A stretch of DNA of 64,000 nt from Planctomycetota bacterium (lineage in GTDB: Bacteria > Planctomycetota > UBA1135 > UBA2386): the NCBI GenBank assembly GCA_965223545.1, contig OZ245006.1, positions 6,176,001-6,240,000 on the forward strand, in the 5' to 3' direction. The notes beneath the pieces are model-generated. The model was not told where the DNA came from and did not search any database. It was given only the letters and a program-made list of their open reading frames with translations. Position 1 is the stretch's first letter. Every line of letters begins with the position of its first letter. The translations under genes were made by a program, and so were the position numbers. Positions 1 through 10,223 of this stretch are shown one piece after another.

Positions 1-1
1 C

Positions 2-328
2 TTCGATCTCGCGGTGGTGGTGTGGGGTGGGCACCGCACCTACGACCGGATGAAGATCGTCGCCCTTTGCTGTGGTGCGCGCGCGCGCTTGGTCTACGTG
101 CGTCCGGCTGAGTCGTTCTACCTAGATGGGTTCACGTTGCGGGGGATTCGGCACGCGCGCTGGTATCCGCAGCTGTCGCGCGGCGACCACGCGTTGGTAA
201 CCACGTTCGCGGCGTGGTGTTACCGGTGGAGCATCGGTTGGCTCGTCGGTTGGGCGGGAGCGTGGAGCGCTTGGTGGCGCGCGAAGGCGCGGCAGCGGGC
301 GAGAACCGCCGATCGCCAGGGCACTTGA
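2..328 (+). CDS. Partial CDS (5' end outside window), hypothetical protein with hydrophobic C-terminus
   Basis: Open frame from the window edge (FDLAVVVWGGHRTYDRMKIVALCCGARARLVYV...) to TGA at 326-328; protein-like composition, no recognised motif. Confidence 0.45.
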   Translation, partial: FDLAVVVWGGHRTYDRMKIVALCCGARARLVYVRPAESFYLDGFTLRGIRHARWYPQLSRGDHALVTTFAAWCYRWSIGWLVGWAGAWSAWWRAKARQRARTADRQGT

Positions 329-409
329 CAGCCCGAGCGGGGCCTCTGAAGATCCGCCGCGCCACCCCTCTTCTCGTCACTGCGTTCGCAGCTTCAGACG
401 CACCTTCAT

Positions 410-1828
410 ATGCTCGAACGAATGCTCCCGACGGTCGTGCGTACGCGCACGCTCGGTTTGCTCGCAGGCGTAGTCGTCTCGGTCGCCGCCGGAATGGCGG
501 CGCAACCCGGGGCGCCCGACCGCGGCCAGTCGCGCTATTGGACCATGCCCAACGAGGTCATGATCCCGAGCTTGACCGTGGTGCGGCGCGAGACCATCAC
601 GCTGTCGCAGCCCGGCACCTTGTTGGTCGCCAGCGACGGCCACGTGCGGCCTGCATCATGGCCGAGCTGCGCCGCGGCTTGGATGTGGATTACGGTCGAT
701 GGTGTGCCCTTGTCCAACACGTCGACCGTGGACTGGTGGGGCGCGATCGCGCCGCAGCCGCACTCGATCAGCTGTCGCGGCGTGACGACTCTGTCCGCCG
801 GCCAGCACACGATCGAGCTCGTGGTCGATGCCCGTGGCGGATCGATTCGTCTCGCGCAAATGACCAACCTGTCGGTGTACGTCAATCCCGCCCGGTACGT
901 GGCGCAGCAACGACTCGCCGCCGATACCCCGCCGATCGTCACGCAGTTTCCGGTCAAGCCCGGGTCGTCGCGCTGTGTATGGGGCAACATCCCATTCGTC
1001 AGCGTGCTCGATTTGGAGATGCCGACCGAGGATCTGCCGGCGATCTTCTTCGGCTCGGGCAGGACGTTCGTGACGGCGAGCGCGGGCGACTCGATGGTCG
1101 GGTTCTTCCAAGATCAGGTCAACGAGGCCAACGAGGGGCAGCTGCAGTTCAAGGGGTCGTGGTCGGTGCAGGACCTGTTCCCTTCGGCGGAGCTGCACGC
1201 CGCCGTCTTCTGCCAGGGCGTGTTCACCGGCACGCCTCCGAGCGCGGAGTTCCGGCCGCGCGTGACCCTGGGGGCTTCCGAGTTTCCGCCCTCCAACCAC
1301 CCCAATCAGCTGCTCGGCTTCAAGGTCGGTGCCGACGCGACGCTGGTCGGGTTGGCGGGTGGACTGACGGTCACGGGCTCGGCGGGGACGGCCAGCGGCT
1401 TCAACTGCCAGCCCTTCTGCGTCGGCGGAACCGGCTCCGGGTGCGGTCCGCTGTCCAGTCTGACCCTGGTTTCTCGCGCGGTGATCGACATCCCCGCCGG
1501 GCACGACGGGATCGTGTTCTTCTCGGCCGCCGTCCGCTGTCAGGGCGACCCGGGTGACGAAGCCTCCAACATCACGCTGTTCCTGCAAGTCGACGGTCAG
1601 TCCAAGAGCTCGATCGGCCGCCAGGGAATCGGTGGTTGGCTCGGCGGCTGGGATGCCGCCCAGAGCCAGCGCACCTTGGGCGCCTCGTTTCTGGCGACCG
1701 GGGCCGATGCCCTGGCGCCGGGCCAGCACGTCGTCGAGGTCTACGCGCGCGCGTTCGCCACGACCGTTCCTGCGCGCGTGCAGCGCATGTCGATCTGGGA
1801 CGACGATCCCTTCCTGGTTTGGTTCTGA
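410..1828 (+). CDS. Secreted beta-rich hypothetical protein with internal duplication
   Basis: 472 aa; signal-peptide-like N-terminus (RTRTLGLLAGVVVSVAAGMAAQ); similar segments WITVDGVPLS...LSAGQHTIEL and FLQVDGQSKS...LAPGQHVVEV. Confidence 0.75.
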   Translation: MLERMLPTVVRTRTLGLLAGVVVSVAAGMAAQPGAPDRGQSRYWTMPNEVMIPSLTVVRRETITLSQPGTLLVASDGHVRPASWPSCAAAWMWITVDGVPLSNTSTVDWWGAIAPQPHSISCRGVTTLSAGQHTIELVVDARGGSIRLAQMTNLSVYVNPARYVAQQRLAADTPPIVTQFPVKPGSSRCVWGNIPFVSVLDLEMPTEDLPAIFFGSGRTFVTASAGDSMVGFFQDQVNEANEGQLQFKGSWSVQDLFPSAELHAAVFCQGVFTGTPPSAEFRPRVTLGASEFPPSNHPNQLLGFKVGADATLVGLAGGLTVTGSAGTASGFNCQPFCVGGTGSGCGPLSSLTLVSRAVIDIPAGHDGIVFFSAAVRCQGDPGDEASNITLFLQVDGQSKSSIGRQGIGGWLGGWDAAQSQRTLGASFLATGADALAPGQHVVEVYARAFATTVPARVQRMSIWDDDPFLVWF

Positions 1829-1854
1829 ACCGTCCGGCCGCAAGGAGCTTTGCC

Positions 1855-3534
1855 ATGAGTCGCTGGAAACCCTGCTGTTGGTCGGTGCTGCTCGCGCTGT
1901 TGGCGCCGGCCGTGTCGGCCCAAAACATCCTCTACACCCTGACCGGCGAGCGGCCCGGCGATCACTTCGGTTGGGCGATTGCCAACTTGGGTGATCTGAA
2001 CGGCGACGGCGACGGCGACTTTGCGGTCGGCGCCCCGTACGCGGACTACGCCGGCTCCGACTCGGGCGCGGTGTTCGTGATCTCTGGTGGCACCGGCACG
2101 CCCTTGTTCCGCATCAACGGTCCGGCGGCGATGTCGTTCTTCGGGCACTCGGTGGCGGCCGCCGGCGACGTCAACGGCGACGGCACCATGGACATCATCG
2201 CGGGAGCCCCGGGCCATGACGGAGCCGGCACCAACGCCGGCTACGCGGGCATCTACTCGGGGACCAACGGTGCGCGTTTGCGGCAGATGCGTGGGCTGAG
2301 TGCCGACGACTTCTTCGGTTGGTCCGTCACCGGCAACCGGGATTTCGATGGCGACGGCAACGCGCGTGACGTCGCGGTTGGCGCACCGGGCGACCTCGAC
2401 ACCTTGGCGGTGGCCGGAACCGTGCGTGTGTTCAACGGCGCCAGTGGAGCGGTGATCCGCTCGCTCAGTGGTTCGCAAGCCGGCGAGCGCTTCGGCATGA
2501 CCGTGCTCGGTGTCTCCGACATCGACCAGGACGGCAGCGAAGACGTGGTGGTGGGGTCTCCGTTCTGGGATCGCGTAGGCGCGATGGACGCCGGCGCCAG
2601 CCACGCGTTTTCGACGGCGACCGGAGTGCTCCTGCACCAGAACTCGGGCGCGATCCGCAGCTCGCACTTCGGCATCTCGATGGCGACCGTGACCGACCTC
2701 ACTGGCGGGCCCGCCGAGGAGTACGTGGTCGGTGCGCGTTTCGAGCTGGATCGCGGTCGCGCGCACATCCTCAATGGCAACACCGGTGACACGTTCCGCA
2801 CTCACTGGGGGTTCGTGCGTTCGGTCTGGTTCGGTCAAGCCGTTGGCAACGCGGGCGATGTCGATGCCGACGGGGTCAGCGATGTGGTGTTCGGTGCGCC
2901 CCTGCACGGCGTGGTGCCCGGAGACTTGACCAACATCAGGGGGCAAGTGCGGGTCGTCTCGGGCGCCACCGGCCACACCCTGTTCAGCCAGGACGGGATC
3001 ACACACCAGGACTGGTTCGGCTTCTCGGTGAGCGGCGTCGGCAACGTCGACAGTGCGGCGGGGCCCTACGACGACTACGCCGCCGGCGCACCGCTCGCGT
3101 CGGGTGGGCGCGGTGAGGTCCGGGTCTTCGCCGGCGGCCAATCTTCGCTGTCCGCGTTGATCCTGGGACTGTCGACCGCCAACGGCGGGCGTCAGGACAT
3201 GAACCTCGACGCGGGACCGACCTACGGCGGCAGGACCTATCTGCTCGTCGGCACCGCCAGCTGGACCCGGCCCGGGTTCCAGTACGGCAGTGTGCTGGTG
3301 CCGCTGAACCCGGACCCCTACTTCTTGTTCACGGTCGGCTCGCCGGGCGCGGGGTTCATCACCCCCCAGCTCGGCACCTTGGATGCCTCGGGACGGGCCA
3401 CCGCGCAGTTCGTGCTGCCCAGCGGCATGAGCCCCAACCTCATCGGGCTGACGCTCAACCACGCGTTCGTCGTGCTCCAGGGCTCCCAGGCGCTGTTCGC
3501 GAGCAACCCGCTGCCGGTCTTCATGGAGTTCTAG
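1855..3534 (+). CDS. FG-GAP / integrin-alpha-like beta-propeller repeat protein, secreted
   Basis: AAGGAG RBS before ATG 1855; signal peptide; about 7 repeats of FG.sv...GD.ngDG..D..vGAP; C-terminal module LDASGRATAQFVLP...ASNPLPV. Confidence 0.9.
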   Translation: MSRWKPCCWSVLLALLAPAVSAQNILYTLTGERPGDHFGWAIANLGDLNGDGDGDFAVGAPYADYAGSDSGAVFVISGGTGTPLFRINGPAAMSFFGHSVAAAGDVNGDGTMDIIAGAPGHDGAGTNAGYAGIYSGTNGARLRQMRGLSADDFFGWSVTGNRDFDGDGNARDVAVGAPGDLDTLAVAGTVRVFNGASGAVIRSLSGSQAGERFGMTVLGVSDIDQDGSEDVVVGSPFWDRVGAMDAGASHAFSTATGVLLHQNSGAIRSSHFGISMATVTDLTGGPAEEYVVGARFELDRGRAHILNGNTGDTFRTHWGFVRSVWFGQAVGNAGDVDADGVSDVVFGAPLHGVVPGDLTNIRGQVRVVSGATGHTLFSQDGITHQDWFGFSVSGVGNVDSAAGPYDDYAAGAPLASGGRGEVRVFAGGQSSLSALILGLSTANGGRQDMNLDAGPTYGGRTYLLVGTASWTRPGFQYGSVLVPLNPDPYFLFTVGSPGAGFITPQLGTLDASGRATAQFVLPSGMSPNLIGLTLNHAFVVLQGSQALFASNPLPVFMEF

Positions 3535-3727
3535 CGGTCCTCCGCGCTCCGCCGCGGTGCTCGTGCCGCGGATTCTCCCTTGCCACCGGCGTTGCTGGTC
3601 GGGGTTGCGGGACCTGGCGGCGCGTTCCGGTCCAGTGCGGCACGGCGCAAGCCAGCCGGTATCCTTCTCGGGGCATGCGGCTGCCTTCATCGAGGCATCT
3701 CCGCCGCCCCTGAGGCCCGCTTCGAGC

Positions 3728-5200
3728 ATGACCACCGTCACCATTCAGCCCACTGCCAGCCCCTCGCGCCCGACGTGGCCCGTGGTCTTGGCGGTGGCGT
3801 TCATGGCGGGGCCGGGCCTCTTCGACACCTACTCGGTGATGGCGCCGCCGGGCCGCTTCGGCCACAACTTCGCCAAGATCGTCGAAGGCGCTGCCTTGGT
3901 CCTGCTCGGCGTGTGGATGGTCTTTCGCGGCTGGTGGCCGCGCCTCAACCTGCCGGTGGCGATGGCGACGCTGTATCTCGGCCAGGCCCTGATGATGGGC
4001 TTCAACACCGAGTACGAAGAAGGCTACCGCTTCGCGGCGCTGAAGATCGTGCGCGTCGCGGCGGCGATGTACGTCATGTTCGCTTGCTGCCGTACGCGGC
4101 GCGATCTCGAGCACATTATCGTCGGCCTGAAAGCGATCTCGTTCTTGGCGGCCATCCTGGTCGCCATCGAGGTGATGATCCCGGGTTGGCGCTTGGATCA
4201 GGTGTTCGGCTCTTGGGGCCGCGGCGGTCGCGTCAAGGCGATGGTCCAGTACGAGGAAGTGCTGCAGGAGAGCTTTGTCCGTGCGCGAGGGCCGATGTCG
4301 CACCCCAACTGGCTCGGCTACTACTACGGGGTCACGCTGCTGCTGCCGCTCTATCTGTGGTCGCGCTACACCTCCGTCACGGCACGGGTCTTGATCGCGG
4401 CGACCACTGCGGTCGAAGTGCTGGCGTTGATCTTCGGCTTCGTCCGGCTCGGCGTGCTCGGATTCGGCATCGGAACGTTGTGGCTGATTCTGCGCGGCGC
4501 GGTGCGTTACCGCGGTCTCGCCCTCGGCGGAATCGCTGTCTCGATCGTCGTGATCTGGCCGTTTCTACCGAGCACTTGGATCTCCCGCGTCACCGACCCC
4601 GACCATTGGGCCAAGGACAAGTCGCTCGAAATCCGCCTCTCACAGCAGTTCGCCAATCTCGATGTCGTCAACCGGCACGGTGGCATGGGGGTCGGCTTCG
4701 GTGGCTACGGTGATGTCTTCTTCGACGAGGCGACGGGCGCGGTCGCAGAGCACTACCGGCAGCTCGACTTCTGGTTTGGCGAGAAGTTCAACCGCACCAA
4801 TCTCGGTAGCCACAACGTCTACCTGGAGATCTTCATCGAGCAGGGGTTGCTGGGGCTGGTGCTGTTCATGGCGATCTACATCGTCATGTTCCACCAGCTC
4901 CTCGGCAGCTACGCGCGCAACCGGGGCGACCCGGTCGCGCACCAGTTGGCGCGGACATTCGAGGCCATTCTGGTTTCGCTTGCCGTGATGAACGGCCTGA
5001 TCCACACCCAGGAGCGACGGATCCAGTGGTTGGTCTTCGGGCTGGTGGCTGCCTTCATCAGTCTGACCCACGCGGGATTGATGCAGCCCGGTCAGGCAAA
5101 GCCGGGGGCCATCCCGGCATCCGAGCGGGTCTGGGCGAAGCTGCGGCTCGTGGTGGTCCTGTTGCTACTCACGCTCTCCGCCTATCTGGCGGCGATCTGA
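3728..5200 (+). CDS. O-antigen ligase / Wzy-like polysaccharide polymerase family membrane protein
   Basis: Many hydrophobic helices; RARGPMSHPNWLG, GVGFGGY and SHNVYLEIFIEQGLLG motifs. Start chosen at ATG 3728 within ORF 3557..5200. Confidence 0.8.
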   Translation: MTTVTIQPTASPSRPTWPVVLAVAFMAGPGLFDTYSVMAPPGRFGHNFAKIVEGAALVLLGVWMVFRGWWPRLNLPVAMATLYLGQALMMGFNTEYEEGYRFAALKIVRVAAAMYVMFACCRTRRDLEHIIVGLKAISFLAAILVAIEVMIPGWRLDQVFGSWGRGGRVKAMVQYEEVLQESFVRARGPMSHPNWLGYYYGVTLLLPLYLWSRYTSVTARVLIAATTAVEVLALIFGFVRLGVLGFGIGTLWLILRGAVRYRGLALGGIAVSIVVIWPFLPSTWISRVTDPDHWAKDKSLEIRLSQQFANLDVVNRHGGMGVGFGGYGDVFFDEATGAVAEHYRQLDFWFGEKFNRTNLGSHNVYLEIFIEQGLLGLVLFMAIYIVMFHQLLGSYARNRGDPVAHQLARTFEAILVSLAVMNGLIHTQERRIQWLVFGLVAAFISLTHAGLMQPGQAKPGAIPASERVWAKLRLVVVLLLLTLSAYLAAI

Positions 5201-5367
5201 ACGCGCTACGCCCGGGTGGGCGGGCCGAGCCACCAATTACGGCTCGCGGTGTGGGGCGCGGCAGACTTCATCGTCCCTTTCACGCAGCTTCGCGGGTGGC
5301 GATTGCCGGGCGTGGTAAGGTGCCGGTCTCCCACAGGCAAGATCGAACCCTACAGAGGAGCTACACC

Positions 5368-6360
5368 ATGCAGACACGACACTTTCTCCCCGGCGTTCTC
5401 GCGTGCGCACTCGCGGGCACCCTTTCCGCGCAGGTCGTCATCAACGAAGTGGCCTACGACGGCGTCGGCAGTGACGACGGTCAGGTCTTCGTCGAGCTTT
5501 GGGGGCCGCCCGGCATGGACATCAGTGGGTGGGTCATCCAAGGGATCGAGGGGCGGCCCGGAAGCGCTGGTACTTGCAACAGCCAGAGCTTCTCGTTCCC
5601 CGCGGGCGCGACGATCCCCGCGGATGGTCTGGTGGTGGTCGCCGATTCGGATGCGGCGGGGGTGACGCTGGTGGCGAATGCCGACTACACCGACCCCAAC
5701 ATGGATCTCGAGAACGGCGAGGACGCCGTGCAGCTGATCGACAACAACGGCCGTGTGGTCGACGCGGTGGCCTATGGACCGGTCGACACCAGCGTGGGGC
5801 CGATGTCGGCCTGCAACGGTGGGGTCTGGTTCGAGGGCAATCCGGCGCGCGATGTGTTCGCTCCACTGTCGATCGAACGCTGCCCGGCGGGCGCGGACAC
5901 GAACGACAACGACACCGACTTCACGCCGAACTTTCCGAGCCCTGGCGTCGCGGAGAGCTGCTGCACGGCGATCGAGTATGTCAACCGGGGTGTGTTCAAC
6001 ACCTTGACGACGTCCAACGGTGACTCGGTCGGCTTGGACGCTTGGTTCAGCTGTGGCGCCAACCAGCCCTACCTGTTCCTGGCTTCCTTCACCGACCCCA
6101 CGGTGGTCGCTCCGCCGGCGCCGTTCCCGGTGTTCGATGCGTCGACTTCCACCATCGCCGGTTTCGCCAACGTGCCGCCGTTCGTCGCCTGGGGCGGAGT
6201 CCTCGACGGCAACGGTCGCGTGCTGGGCACCGCGGCGCTCGACTTCAGCACGATTCCGATCGTGCTGGGGATGCCCGCCACGACCTACATCGGCGCCGTC
6301 GCCTTCAGCAACGGCGGTGGAATCGTCGGCACCAACTCGGTGGAGATCAATCTGCAGTAG
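5368..6360 (+). CDS. Lamin-tail-domain secreted protein
   Basis: AGAGGAG RBS, signal peptide, VVINEVAYD...FVELW...DISGWVI...L.N..D.V.L.D..G.VVD.V.Y lamin-tail pattern. Confidence 0.85.
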   Translation: MQTRHFLPGVLACALAGTLSAQVVINEVAYDGVGSDDGQVFVELWGPPGMDISGWVIQGIEGRPGSAGTCNSQSFSFPAGATIPADGLVVVADSDAAGVTLVANADYTDPNMDLENGEDAVQLIDNNGRVVDAVAYGPVDTSVGPMSACNGGVWFEGNPARDVFAPLSIERCPAGADTNDNDTDFTPNFPSPGVAESCCTAIEYVNRGVFNTLTTSNGDSVGLDAWFSCGANQPYLFLASFTDPTVVAPPAPFPVFDASTSTIAGFANVPPFVAWGGVLDGNGRVLGTAALDFSTIPIVLGMPATTYIGAVAFSNGGGIVGTNSVEINLQ

Positions 6361-6363
6361 CGA

Positions 6364-7911
6364 TCAGCCGTCGGCTGCCGTCGGCGACGCCGTCCGCAGC
6401 TCGTCGGGGAGGACGAAGGCGGGCGCGTCCTGGTAGCAGACCGGGCGCGTGAAGCGCTCGATCGCGCTGTCTCCGACGGACGTGGTGCGCGCGTCGGTGG
6501 TGGCCGGATACGGGCCGCCGTGCTGCATCGCCGCACAGACCTCCACGCCGGTCGGGTAGCCGTTGAACACGAGGCGGCCGGCGACTTCTTCCAGGGCTGC
6601 GGCGAGGGCGGAGACGAGCGCGTCTTCGCCGTCGTCGAAGTGGATGCTGGCGGTGAGCTGGCCCTGCAGCTCGGCGGCGATGGCGGGAAGCGAGTCAGCG
6701 GCCTCGCACGCCACCAGCGTGGTGCTCGGTCCGAACAGCTCCTCGGCGAGCAGCGGCTGCTGCCGCCAACGCGCGAGCGAAGTGGTGAACAGGGCCGGCA
6801 CCATGCCGCACCCCTGGTCCTCCTGCGGTCGGCCGATGTAGTCGGCCCCGGCCGCTTGCCGCGCGGCAACTCCGTTCCGATAGGCATTGGCGATCGCGGC
6901 GTGCAGGGCGGTCCCGGCGTCGACCTCCTGCAAGCATCGGCCCAGCGCTGCGGCGAAGCGCGTCGCGTCGTCGTTGTCGACGACGAACACCAGCCCGGGG
7001 TTGGTGCAGAACTGACCGACCCCCAAGCTGACCGAGGCCGCCAGTTGCGCGGCGATCTCCTCGCCGCGGGCCGCCACCGCGCCGGGAGTGATGAATGTCG
7101 GGTTGACGCTGCCCATCTCCGCGAACACGGGGATTGGTGGTCGGCGTGATTGCGCGATCTCGAGCAGTGCCAGGCCCCCCGCCTGCGAACCGGTGAACGC
7201 CACCGCGCACGTGCGGCGGTGGCGCACCATCTCCTCACCGACCGCGTGCTGCGTGCCGTGCAGCATCGAGAACGTGCCGAGAGGCAACGCGGCGCCCCTG
7301 ACCGCCTCGGCGATGGCCTCGCCGACGAGCTCGGAGGTGCCGGGATGAGCGGGGTGCGCCTTGACCACGACCGGGCAACCCGCCGCCAGTGCGGAGGCGG
7401 TGTCGCCGCCCGCCACCGAGAAGGCGAGCGGAAAGTTGCTGGCGCCGAACACTGCCACCGGGCCCACCGGCACCAGCATGCGGCGTAGATCGGGCTTCGG
7501 TGGCTGCCGATCCGGGATCGCCGGCTCGGAGCGGCAGCCGAGGAAGGCGCCGTCGCGAACGATCGACGCGAAGCGGCGCAGCTGGCCAGTGGTGCGACCG
7601 CGCTCGGCGACCAGCCGCGCCTTGGGCAGGCCGGTCTCGGCGCCGGCTCGCTCCACCAGCGCGTCCCCCAGTGCCTCGATGCCGGCCGCAATTTGCTCGA
7701 GCAGCTCGGCGCGCGCGTGCCGCGGCAGCTGGCGCAGTTCTCGGTGCGCGTGGTGGGCAGCCTCGAACGCCTGGTCGATCTCGGCCAACGTCGCTTCGCC
7801 GAACGCCGTCGGCAGAACGGCCCCCGTGCTGGGATCGTGGGCCGAGAACTCGGCGCCCGCGGGAGAGACCCGTTCGCCGGCGATCAAGTGGTTGCCGTGG
7901 AGTGGTGCCAT
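6364..7911 (-). CDS. NADP-dependent aldehyde dehydrogenase (alpha-ketoglutaric semialdehyde dehydrogenase-like)
   Basis: VFGASNFPLAFSVAGGDTASALAAGCPVVVKAHPAHPGTS, FTGS, EMGSVNP, GQFCTNPG, EELFGP, NGYPTGVEV, HGGPYPAT. Start set at MAPLHGNHLI. Confidence 0.93.
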   Translation of the reverse strand: MAPLHGNHLIAGERVSPAGAEFSAHDPSTGAVLPTAFGEATLAEIDQAFEAAHHAHRELRQLPRHARAELLEQIAAGIEALGDALVERAGAETGLPKARLVAERGRTTGQLRRFASIVRDGAFLGCRSEPAIPDRQPPKPDLRRMLVPVGPVAVFGASNFPLAFSVAGGDTASALAAGCPVVVKAHPAHPGTSELVGEAIAEAVRGAALPLGTFSMLHGTQHAVGEEMVRHRRTCAVAFTGSQAGGLALLEIAQSRRPPIPVFAEMGSVNPTFITPGAVAARGEEIAAQLAASVSLGVGQFCTNPGLVFVVDNDDATRFAAALGRCLQEVDAGTALHAAIANAYRNGVAARQAAGADYIGRPQEDQGCGMVPALFTTSLARWRQQPLLAEELFGPSTTLVACEAADSLPAIAAELQGQLTASIHFDDGEDALVSALAAALEEVAGRLVFNGYPTGVEVCAAMQHGGPYPATTDARTTSVGDSAIERFTRPVCYQDAPAFVLPDELRTASPTAADG

Positions 7912-8057
7912 CGGCGGCGCACTGTATCGCTCGGTGGCCACTGGGCGAAGGCGCCAATCGCGGCACTCGGCGCGGCGGCAATTGCGAAAACGGCAGTCTT
8001 GGTCCTTCGTCGCCTTCGTCAGAGGACACGAACAACACGAGGGCTGCCGCTGCCAAG

Positions 8058-8825
8058 TCAGTCGCGGCGTGCCAGTCGGAGCGCGGTGAAGGTGGAGCCA
8101 TCGAGGCGGTCGGCGGTGGGCAGCGTGGCGCACCGCAGGATCGCGGCGACCTCGGCGTGCCGCATTCCCGACAGCAGCAGGGCCCCGGTGCGGTTCCAGG
8201 TCGCGACCAACGAGGGCAGCGCCGCCATCAGTTCGGCGGCGGTCATGTTGGCGACCACGTGGTCGTGCGCCGCCCTCGGGAGCGCGGTGGGATCGCCGGC
8301 CCGAACGTCGGCGTCGGGAACCAGGTCTCTTGCGGCCCGCACGGCGTCGGGGTCGATGTCGCAGGCGCGCACGGGGCGGCAGCCGAGCTCGACGGCGAGC
8401 AGCGCGAGAATGCCGGAGCCGGTGCCGGCATCCGCCAGGCTGCCGCCGCGGACGTGGCGTTGCATCAGGCGCATGGCGAGCTGGGTGCTCTCGTGCTCGC
8501 CGCTGCCGAACGCCATGCCGCGCGGCACCACGAGCTCCACACCGGCGAAATCGGGCGCCGCCGGTACCCACGGTGGCCGCACGCGTAGAGTCGGCGAGAT
8601 CTCGACGAGGGAGTCGTCCCGCCGCCAGTCCGTCGTGCCGGTCGGTTGGCGGAGAGCGAGCACCTGCACACCGAGCTCGGAGGGTGGTTCTGGCGATGAG
8701 TCCGCCAGCCACACCTCGATCTCCGCTTCGCGCTCGGCCACACCGCTCACTTCGCAGTGCAAGAGCACTCGCTCCAGCGCGCGCGCGAGATGGTCCGGGC
8801 TACCACGCATGAGCAAGCCGCGCAT
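8058..8825 (-). CDS. prmA: Ribosomal protein L11 methyltransferase-like SAM-dependent methyltransferase
   Basis: PRGMAFGSGEHESTQL, DAGTGSGILA, DIDPDAV, VVANM, LLLSGM motifs. Confidence 0.8.
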   Translation of the reverse strand: MRGLLMRGSPDHLARALERVLLHCEVSGVAEREAEIEVWLADSSPEPPSELGVQVLALRQPTGTTDWRRDDSLVEISPTLRVRPPWVPAAPDFAGVELVVPRGMAFGSGEHESTQLAMRLMQRHVRGGSLADAGTGSGILALLAVELGCRPVRACDIDPDAVRAARDLVPDADVRAGDPTALPRAAHDHVVANMTAAELMAALPSLVATWNRTGALLLSGMRHAEVAAILRCATLPTADRLDGSTFTALRLARRD

Positions 8826-8846
8826 CGCGGCACTATAGGTCCGTGG

Positions 8847-10223
8847 CTACGAGCAACGCGATGGCTGGGAGATGAACGTCCGGTAGTCGAGCTCCCGCAG
8901 GGCGCGGGTCACCAGGTGGAGGGTGAGGAGCAGAGCCAGCAAGGATGCCAACGCATAGCCGGCGCCGTACGAGCGGACGCCGAGCTGCAGGCTGACCCAC
9001 GCGAAGACGCCGTTGAGACAGAGGAAAGTGGCCGCACAGGTGAGCGCGTCCTTGCGCAGGTCGAAGTACATGAGGATCAGGATGCCGATCAGGGTGAAGA
9101 CGTGCAGGCCAGAGCCGACGCAGGCGAGCTGGAAGACCCGCACCGCTGCCGCGGGCATCGCGATCTGCTCGATGATCCAGGGCGCGAAGACGACGCACGC
9201 CCCGGTGATCGCACCCTGCACGCGCAGCAAGCGCACGCCACCCTCGCGCAGCGCCTCGGCCATGGCTGCGCGCTTCTCGCGGATCTCGCCGAGGCGCGCT
9301 CCCCCGAGCACCGAGGCGTAGTAGTCGCGGTAGCGCTCGTAGAACGAGGTCTCGACCTGAATCAGGTTGAGCGCCAGTGCCGGCAGAACGGTGATGTAGG
9401 CGAGAAAGCTGCAAGTGTCGTACAGCGGGTGATAGCGGACGAACGGGTGGTTGCCGATTCCGTCGGCGAACCAGAACACGATCTTGTCGATCCAGATCGC
9501 CCCGCTGTAGGCCAGGCCGACGAGCACCAGCGAGGGGTAGCGTGTCAGGCTCTTGAAGATCGAGGCGTCGCGGCGCCCCGGGGCTTCGGTGCCGCGCACG
9601 ATGGCGGCGACCAGCAGCACCAGCGCGATCGCCTGACCCAGGGCGTAGGCGCCGATCGCGCCGGTCACGCCCAGCTTGGCGTCGACCGTCCACATGGCGG
9701 CATAGGAGACCAGCAGGCCGAGGCCGTAGGCAGTCAGGACCGCGTCGAACTTGCGGATGCAGGTCAGCCAGACCAGAGCGATCCACGACATGCCGACGAC
9801 GACGAACAGCGCGCAGAACACGAAGGTCAGCCGGACGTCGAACCCGCACGCGAACGCGTAGGCCCCGCCGACCGCGAGCTGGATCAGGCCGACGGCCAAG
9901 AGTGCACTGACGAAGGCCGGCAACACCGCGTCGTACTGCTGCCGGAACAGGAGGTCGGCGAGCCCGCGCGTGAGCGGCATCTGCAGCGATCCGACCACGA
10001 GCAGGCTGAACGCGAAACAGTACGTGACCAGTGCGCGGAACTCGTCGAAGTCGCTGCGATGGCCGATCGAGTCCTGGAACAGCGTGGCGACCCACAGGCT
10101 CGCCATCGTCATCACCCACGGGCCCGACGAGACCAGCGTGGCGGCGGCGTAGCCGCGCAGCGTGCCGATCAGGGACCGTTCGCCGTCAACGAGGTGGCGT
10201 AGATTGAAGCCGATGCCGGCCAT
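8847..10223 (-). CDS. pelG: Pel exopolysaccharide export protein PelG
   Basis: MAGIGFNLR start, SSGPW, IWIDKIVFW, LYDTCSFLAY, VETSFYERY, LMYFDLR; about 12 transmembrane segments. Confidence 0.93.
   Translation of the reverse strand: MAGIGFNLRHLVDGERSLIGTLRGYAAATLVSSGPWVMTMASLWVATLFQDSIGHRSDFDEFRALVTYCFAFSLLVVGSLQMPLTRGLADLLFRQQYDAVLPAFVSALLAVGLIQLAVGGAYAFACGFDVRLTFVFCALFVVVGMSWIALVWLTCIRKFDAVLTAYGLGLLVSYAAMWTVDAKLGVTGAIGAYALGQAIALVLLVAAIVRGTEAPGRRDASIFKSLTRYPSLVLVGLAYSGAIWIDKIVFWFADGIGNHPFVRYHPLYDTCSFLAYITVLPALALNLIQVETSFYERYRDYYASVLGGARLGEIREKRAAMAEALREGGVRLLRVQGAITGACVVFAPWIIEQIAMPAAAVRVFQLACVGSGLHVFTLIGILILMYFDLRKDALTCAATFLCLNGVFAWVSLQLGVRSYGAGYALASLLALLLTLHLVTRALRELDYRTFISQPSRCS

Noticed and set aside
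1960..3130. Periodic repeats that might be a CRISPR or tandem DNA array
   Set aside because: They are degenerate protein-level FG-GAP repeats. No constant repeat-spacer pattern is visible anywhere in the window.
1741..3744. 667-aa minus-strand ORF, and similar long ORFs such as 13544..15751, 16924..19389, 32221..34329, 37262..39277, 45443..48142, 59282..60934
   Set aside because: Antisense or alternate-frame shadows of well-supported genes, expected in high-GC DNA; no motifs of their own.
7990..8052. CUGACGA on the minus strand within paired flanks, suggesting a hammerhead ribozyme or riboswitch before the aldehyde dehydrogenase
   Set aside because: No pairing stem II and GAAG rather than GAAA; cannot be matched to any RNA family I recognise.
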